Shown one piece after another: positions 53,979-58,336 of a stretch of DNA of 58,336 bases (its first letter is position 1; each line of letters begins with the position of its first letter). The position numbers and the translations under genes are program-made. The notes under the pieces are model-generated. The model made no database searches and had not been told where the DNA came from. It saw nothing but the letters and a program-made list of their open reading frames with translations. This DNA comes from a virus (taxonomy: Duplodnaviria; Caudoviricetes): IMG/VR virus record IMGVR_UViG_3300028196_000015, positions 1 through 58,336 of that record. One strand, written 5' to 3'.

Positions 53979-54208
53979 CCGTTCCTTCAGTCGTGTGCGT
54001 CCCATGGATAACACTCAGGTGAAGATTCCTTTACGGTTTCTATCAACTCTACCTTGAAAGCATTTGAGATATTCTCGTTTGCTTTCATCCTCAGGATAAT
54101 TCCATCGGTTTGTTGGCAGGTGAGTGTTGTATAGAATAATAGTTCTAACATAGGATGAACGGCTCCGTTCCTACGACTTACTTGCGTCCTCCTTACGGGG
54201 GATGAACG
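53979..54208 (-). ncRNA. glutamine riboswitch-like RNA (glnA / Downstream-peptide class), twin aptamer
   Basis: Two CGUUCAUCC...GGACGCA...GGAACGG units, AAGUAAG and GAAG E-loop strands, upstream of a YRG/DUF4278 peptide. Confidence 0.8.
53987..54151 (-). CDS. 54-aa protein embedded in the riboswitch
   Basis: MLELLFYTTLTCQQTDGIILRMKANENISNAFKVELIETVKESSPECYPWDAHD; two Cys; GGAG upstream. Confidence 0.7.
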   Translation of the reverse strand: MLELLFYTTLTCQQTDGIILRMKANENISNAFKVELIETVKESSPECYPWDAHD

Positions 54209-54216
54209 TATGGTAT

Positions 54217-54245
54217 AGTCTACCACTAATATTTATGTATGTCAA
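54217..54245 (-). promoter_or_regulatory. sigma70 promoter with nested late-promoter box
   Basis: TTGACA (54245-54240), 17 nt containing ATAAATA, TAGACT (54222-54217). Confidence 0.75.
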
Positions 54246-54256
54246 GGTCTACACAC

Positions 54257-54291
54257 AAAAAAATTGGGAGGAATTTCCCCCCCCCAATTTT
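54257..54291 (-). terminator. rho-independent terminator
   Basis: AAAATTGGGGGGGGG-AAAT-TCCTCCCAATTTTTTT. Confidence 0.75.
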
Positions 54292-54295
54292 GAAT

Positions 54296-54559
54296 TTACT
54301 TTTTCTTTTTATTTTCTTTTGGTTGTATACCCCAAAGTTTGGGATTTGCTCTTCCCTCTGCTTGAGTCATATTTATGAAGTCTTTTTTATACTTATCATA
54401 ATATTCATCAAAAATATCAGATGTCTTTCCTGCCATTACAATATCAAATTTAGATATCTCACCTTGTAAGTACTCTACCAAATAAGCATTATTAGGTAGA
54501 GATTTATCTTGTGCCATTGTCGGATCACAATCACTTTGGATGACCTTAATTCCTTTCAT
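54296..54559 (-). CDS. conserved cyanophage hypothetical protein
   Basis: DCDP...LP-NAYLVEY...IFD-YYDKY...EGR-NPKLWG. Confidence 0.8.
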   Translation of the reverse strand: MKGIKVIQSDCDPTMAQDKSLPNNAYLVEYLQGEISKFDIVMAGKTSDIFDEYYDKYKKDFINMTQAEGRANPKLWGIQPKENKKKK

Positions 54560-54577
54560 TAATACCTCAATTTAAAT

Positions 54578-55141
54578 TTAACTGCGACCACCCCAACGAA
54601 TATCTGGATATGCTTCACTAGCAATTTCTTTAGTTATTTTATATTTTTCTTGGAGTCTTTTGTCTTTACATAGACAAATAATTTCTGCTTCAAGTGGGTG
54701 GAGTCCCTTGAGCAGATCAATAAAAATAGACTCTCTTCTTAGAGATGAAAGTGCATCATTACCACCTTTAATAAAATTATAAAACTTAGTATACTCGGTT
54801 CTAATTGTTGTATACTTTGTATCAGTAGCACCAAGAGAACCAGATTCTCCCATCTTTTCAACAGCAGTTTCAATCTTGCTTGAGATTGAATCGTTATCAT
54901 CTTCAAAATAAGGAACTTCACCGGGAGGAAGAATAGAAATCACACTCTCATCGAAGTTCCAAATAAATAGTGCCTTCAAAGATGGATGATCATACTCTTT
55001 CAGGAGTTCAATCTTTTTTGCTTTTGACCTTGCCTTAGAGGCAAGGTTTAGAACTTCAAAAGATAATGGATTGGGGGGTAGTTTAGTAGGAGCATTAGTT
55101 GTTGTCCTCTTCTTCCTCGTCGTTGTCATAATTGTTTTCAA
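54578..55141 (-). CDS. conserved T4-like phage hypothetical protein
   Basis: WNFD-SV-S-LP-GEVPY, LRRE--FI-LL-GLHP-EAE, AYPDI-WGGRS. Confidence 0.8.
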   Translation of the reverse strand: MKTIMTTTRKKRTTTNAPTKLPPNPLSFEVLNLASKARSKAKKIELLKEYDHPSLKALFIWNFDESVISILPPGEVPYFEDDNDSISSKIETAVEKMGESGSLGATDTKYTTIRTEYTKFYNFIKGGNDALSSLRRESIFIDLLKGLHPLEAEIICLCKDKRLQEKYKITKEIASEAYPDIRWGGRS

Positions 55142-55319
55142 ATCGTACTGCTAAAATTTCATCTGGTAGAACATTTCCGTTCTCATCAAACATTTCTGGA
55201 TGCATATAAACCGGTTGAGTTTGGTATACATGATCTTTTGCTAACCATCCTACCACAACACCAACTAATAAAAATAAAAATGGTAAAATACAAAAAATTG
55301 CTATTTCTGCTGCTAACAT
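55095..55319 (-). CDS. small membrane protein
   Basis: TM helix then HPEMFDENGNVLPDEILAVRFEN. Confidence 0.8.
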   Translation of the reverse strand: MLAAEIAIFCILPFLFLLVGVVVGWLAKDHVYQTQPVYMHPEMFDENGNVLPDEILAVRFENNYDNDEEEEDNN

Positions 55320-55338
55320 GGTTCTTACCTCCGAGAGT

Positions 55339-55524
55339 CTAATCTTTTTTTACTATTAAAAAAGAAAATTGAATTCTGACTTCTCTTTTTAGAAGAGAAA
55401 TCACTTTTGAAATCTCAAATCCGTTGTGACTTGGTTCCGAAACTTGCTTTCCCCTCCTATTTTTAAGTAATAACTCTACACCTCGGTTAACCTTCGGTGC
55501 TTCTGATTTATTTATCGAAGACAT
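55339..55524 (-). CDS. cyanophage hypothetical protein
   Basis: NRGVELLL...ISLLKREV. Confidence 0.7.
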   Translation of the reverse strand: MSSINKSEAPKVNRGVELLLKNRRGKQVSEPSHNGFEISKVISLLKREVRIQFSFLIVKKD

Positions 55525-55767
55525 TCAGATAATATTATTTTCGTGAAAGTATTTTACTGCTTCCGTACAACCACCAATATTTTCATCATTAAAGATGATT
55601 TGAGGAAAAGTTGTACCAACTCCAAACTCCGAGTAAAACTCATCCCGAGTAAAGGTTTCATCTAACTCGTTTAGTGTATATGGAATTTCTCTTTGGTCAA
55701 GGATTGATTTAATCTTGTCACAATATGGACAACCATCACGACTGTAAACGATAATACTGTTGCTCAT
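55525..55767 (-). CDS. nrdC: glutaredoxin
   Basis: GCPYC active site, TFPQI, IGGC. Confidence 0.92.
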   Translation of the reverse strand: MSNSIIVYSRDGCPYCDKIKSILDQREIPYTLNELDETFTRDEFYSEFGVGTTFPQIIFNDENIGGCTEAVKYFHENNII

Positions 55768-56144
55768 GTTACTGTATTCCTCCTTGGTTTATACTTAACT
55801 AAGTTTAGATCTGTTGTTAAAAGTTGTCTCTGCCATCTAATTATGGCATCATATCTTTCTTTTGTAAAGAATTTTTGTTTAGAAAACCATTGCTCCCAAT
55901 TTTCGTGTGCTTTACTGTGATTGCAACTTGTACAAGCACATAATACATTAGTAATATGGTCATTTCCACCTTTGCATTGTGGAACTATATGGTCAATAGA
56001 TAATGGTTTAGATTTTGTTCCGCAATAGGCACACTTGTTATTCCATTTATCTTTTATAGAATTCCTCCACAGTCTTTTTGCTTCATTTGGTGAACATGTA
56101 TGTAAATTATACAAGAAGTCTTGTGGTGAATTTAAAATTTCCAT
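55764..56144 (-). CDS. HNH endonuclease
   Basis: CAYCG, SIDHIVPQCKGG, NVLCACTSCNHSK. Confidence 0.9.
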   Translation of the reverse strand: MEILNSPQDFLYNLHTCSPNEAKRLWRNSIKDKWNNKCAYCGTKSKPLSIDHIVPQCKGGNDHITNVLCACTSCNHSKAHENWEQWFSKQKFFTKERYDAIIRWQRQLLTTDLNLVKYKPRRNTVT

Positions 56145-56147
56145 AGA

Positions 56148-56176
56148 AGTCTAGTCTTAGTTGGAGTACTTGTCAA
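56148..56176 (-). promoter_or_regulatory. sigma70-type promoter abutting the HNH start codon
   Basis: TTGACA (56176-56171), 17 nt, TAGACT (56153-56148); ATG only 3 nt further on. Confidence 0.6.
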
Positions 56177-56188
56177 CTCACTGGGTAC

Positions 56189-56230
56189 AAAAAACCCCAA
56201 GCATCCGAAGAGTACTTGGGGGTTTTTTTT
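56189..56230. terminator. rho-independent terminator, probably bidirectional
   Basis: Minus strand A8-CCCCCAAGTACTC-TTCG-GATGCTTGGGG-T6. Confidence 0.85.
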
Positions 56231-56276
56231 ATTAGTATCCCGTTCAATCAACATAAAGAATGATTTAACTTGAAAA

Positions 56277-56284
56277 TATTTATA
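56277..56284 (-). promoter_or_regulatory. T4-type late promoter
   Basis: Perfect TATAAATA on the minus strand in an intergenic region. Confidence 0.65.
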
Positions 56285-56310
56285 ACTAAAAATACCTTAA
56301 GTGTATCTCA

Positions 56311-56865
56311 TTACTCCAATGCATCAAGATATGATAGTACATAATGTCTTCCTGCTCTCAAAAATAATTCACCAAATACATCAGTTAAATTTTCAACAAC
56401 CCAGTCAAATTTTGCATTAATTTTATCACGACCAAGAACAACAAACTGTGCCAACGATTGTGCATAGAATTCCATCATTGCATCATCATCACCTTGCTTG
56501 AATCCTCTGATGTAAATATCACGAACTTTATTTAAAGCATCAATTATAGAAGAGTCACACTCAATCACTCTTCCATCTGGCAATTCCAACTCCTTTGTTT
56601 TGATGAAGGTCATGGAGGTCTTCATGCATAGTCTTGTCTGCTCTAGGTCCAGTGCCCATGGTTCCTCGTCCCTGAAAGCATACTGAACGCATCCATTGGT
56701 GCATTCTATTGCACGAATCAATGCCACACTGTCAAGACCTTCCTCGGTCTGCTCAGACCAGAAATCAACATACTCATTAACCCATTTTTGAAACTTAGGA
56801 TCATCCGCATAGTCTCTCATGTATGGGACATTATTCAATTTAGTAAAATCAATTGTTAGATTCAT
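56311..56865 (-). CDS. hypothetical protein
   Basis: 184-aa ORF with no recognised motif. Confidence 0.75.
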   Translation of the reverse strand: MNLTIDFTKLNNVPYMRDYADDPKFQKWVNEYVDFWSEQTEEGLDSVALIRAIECTNGCVQYAFRDEEPWALDLEQTRLCMKTSMTFIKTKELELPDGRVIECDSSIIDALNKVRDIYIRGFKQGDDDAMMEFYAQSLAQFVVLGRDKINAKFDWVVENLTDVFGELFLRAGRHYVLSYLDALE

Positions 56866-57452
56866 AATCGTAAACTCTTTTTGTATTTTGTATTTAAACT
56901 AATTACGCACCTATCACCTTTCTCTTCATCTGTTTCATGCTCTAACCAACTTGGAAATAAGTATAATATACCAGGTGTTGCAGGAAATTTCATACCACCA
57001 GTAGAATATTTTGATTTCTTATCCACATATATCTCAGTCATTCGATAAGGATGTAGGGGATTTCTGAATATCAAAGGTACTGTATTTTTTTCAGTCTTGA
57101 CATAAAATGAACCACTAACAACACTATCTTCATGTCGATGAAGACGTACCCTTTTCCCTTTCTCCATTTTATTATGCCAACTATCAGTAATAATTAATGA
57201 GTCAACTCCCAATTCTTTTGAATAATCATCAACACATTCCGTTATTTGATGACATAATGTAAATAAAAGATTATCATATAAAACACTTTTACCTTTGTTA
57301 TAACTTGAACGTGAACCACTCAACAAATAGTTAGAATCAGTGTCAAATTTTTTTAACGTATCATATACACTATCTAAATCAACATCCAATTTATAAACAC
57401 CAAAAGGTATAGGAAACAATTGTAGTACTTGCTTACTTAATTCATTTCTCAT
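56862..57452 (-). CDS. 2OG-Fe(II) oxygenase (TIGR02466-like)
   Basis: LFP-P, SW-N, HRH--SVVSGSFY, G-LYLFPSWLEH, R-VIS-N. Confidence 0.85.
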   Translation of the reverse strand: MRNELSKQVLQLFPIPFGVYKLDVDLDSVYDTLKKFDTDSNYLLSGSRSSYNKGKSVLYDNLLFTLCHQITECVDDYSKELGVDSLIITDSWHNKMEKGKRVRLHRHEDSVVSGSFYVKTEKNTVPLIFRNPLHPYRMTEIYVDKKSKYSTGGMKFPATPGILYLFPSWLEHETDEEKGDRCVISLNTKYKKSLRL

Positions 57453-57636
57453 CTTTTAAATACTTTTGTTCATTTTCATATATTTTAATTTCACCAGTTT
57501 TTAATTTCCATGCATATTCTAATTCTGGAATTAACCATTCATGAACTGGAAGACAATACTGCCAATTAACTGGTTGAATACAATTCATTATAACAACAGA
57601 CCAGAATGCTGTCACGTAATTAATTACTGTTGTCAT
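57442..57636 (-). CDS. cyanophage hypothetical protein
   Basis: FWSVV-MNCIQPVNWQYCLPVHEWL. Confidence 0.75.
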   Translation of the reverse strand: MTTVINYVTAFWSVVIMNCIQPVNWQYCLPVHEWLIPELEYAWKLKTGEIKIYENEQKYLKDEK

Positions 57637-58336
57637 TATCCATCAAAATTAGTTAAATCTATATCTCTCTTTAATAGATAATTTTCTAACAGCCATTGAC
57701 TAATATCCCTATCATACATATTCAAATCTTGACTGATTTTAGTGAAAGAATCTGACCCCCACATTCCAGATAAAAAATGCATACATTTAACATTTTTCAT
57801 TTCTTCTTTATTATTATATGTGCTAATGATAGGATTATAGTTTTCATAAGGTAGTTCTTGAACTTGCTTGAGAAGTAAGGGGTTATCTTCCCTTATATGA
57901 TTAAACAAAATTGGTCCGGTTACAGTTAAAACATACTTATTAAATGCTTTATGATTAATATCTCTAATTATTGTATAATGTCTATATCTTTCTATCAAAT
58001 AATCTACAACATCTAACCAAAATGTTTTTTTGGGAGTAGAGACATATAAAGAATTTTGAAAATATTCAACCATGTCTGTTTTAGCACATGGTGATCTAAC
58101 TATAGCTATGTCTTTTGTAATATCATTATAAAAATTTTCGTAACAATAATAATCCATATCTTTATAGAGTCCACCATACTCATACATCAAACACAATCTA
58201 AACATGTCCAATTTCATTATATGAAATGGGAGAGCATTATAAACTAGAAAATATTTTTCAAATTTTTCCTCAATAAAACAATCTATTTTTTCATCATCCC
58301 ACATAATGTGCTCATATTCTCCTTGTGGATAATTAA
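57636..58336 (-). CDS. GT32-family (DxD, mannosyltransferase-like) glycosyltransferase, 5'-truncated by the window
   Basis: W-D, D-FR--LMY-YGG-Y-DMD, TGP; the frame stays open to the window end (..NYPQGEYEHIMWDD). Confidence 0.82.
   Translation of the reverse strand, partial: NYPQGEYEHIMWDDEKIDCFIEEKFEKYFLVYNALPFHIMKLDMFRLCLMYEYGGLYKDMDYYCYENFYNDITKDIAIVRSPCAKTDMVEYFQNSLYVSTPKKTFWLDVVDYLIERYRHYTIIRDINHKAFNKYVLTVTGPILFNHIREDNPLLLKQVQELPYENYNPIISTYNNKEEMKNVKCMHFLSGMWGSDSFTKISQDLNMYDRDISQWLLENYLLKRDIDLTNFDG

Noticed and set aside
54152-54226. N-terminal extension of the 79-aa ORF in the ORF track
   Set aside because: It starts inside the promoter and runs through the aptamer; the ATG at 54151 with GGAG is the plausible start
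54277-54285. C9 homopolymer as a phase-variation tract
   Set aside because: It is intergenic and forms a terminator stem
55764-56310. HNH plus upstream RNA as an IscB/HEARO-type RNA-guided element
   Set aside because: The protein is only 126 aa with no RuvC or PLMP motifs, and the non-coding space is too short for a large structured RNA

Overview
AT-rich segment of a T4-like marine cyanomyovirus (Kyanoviridae-type Synechococcus/Prochlorococcus phage), coded almost entirely on the minus strand. From left to right: (1) an accessory region of small ORFs with auxiliary metabolic genes (talC, purS, a DenV-like glycosylase, a glutaredoxin-like ORF); (2) a CobS/MoxR AAA+ ATPase and a CobT-like HExxH-VWA protein; (3) a 2785-aa tail fibre ending in a collar domain plus 24 His-x-His motifs; (4) tRNA-Thr(TGT) and tRNA-Asp(GTC); (5) further virion/fibre genes, gp5, cp12, two baseplate-associated murein hydrolases, gp51, gp26, a gp54-like gene and the plus-strand gp4-gp2-gp48-gp53 block; (6) gp32, gp59, gp33, an exonuclease, phoH and thyX; (7) a glutamine-riboswitch/DUF4278 unit, nrdC, an HNH nuclease, 2OG-Fe(II) oxygenases and a GT32 glycosyltransferase. 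The most notable observations are an apparently interlocked twin glutamine aptamer enclosing a whole 54-codon ORF, a mirror-spaced 24-HxH fibre needle, four promoters lacking a -35 box but sharing a motif exactly 29 nt upstream of the -10 box, two candidate stand-alone sRNAs, a split gp53, a circularly permuted M23 domain and a 65-bp repeat shared by two lysin genes. All calls come from reading motifs by eye; no searches were run.
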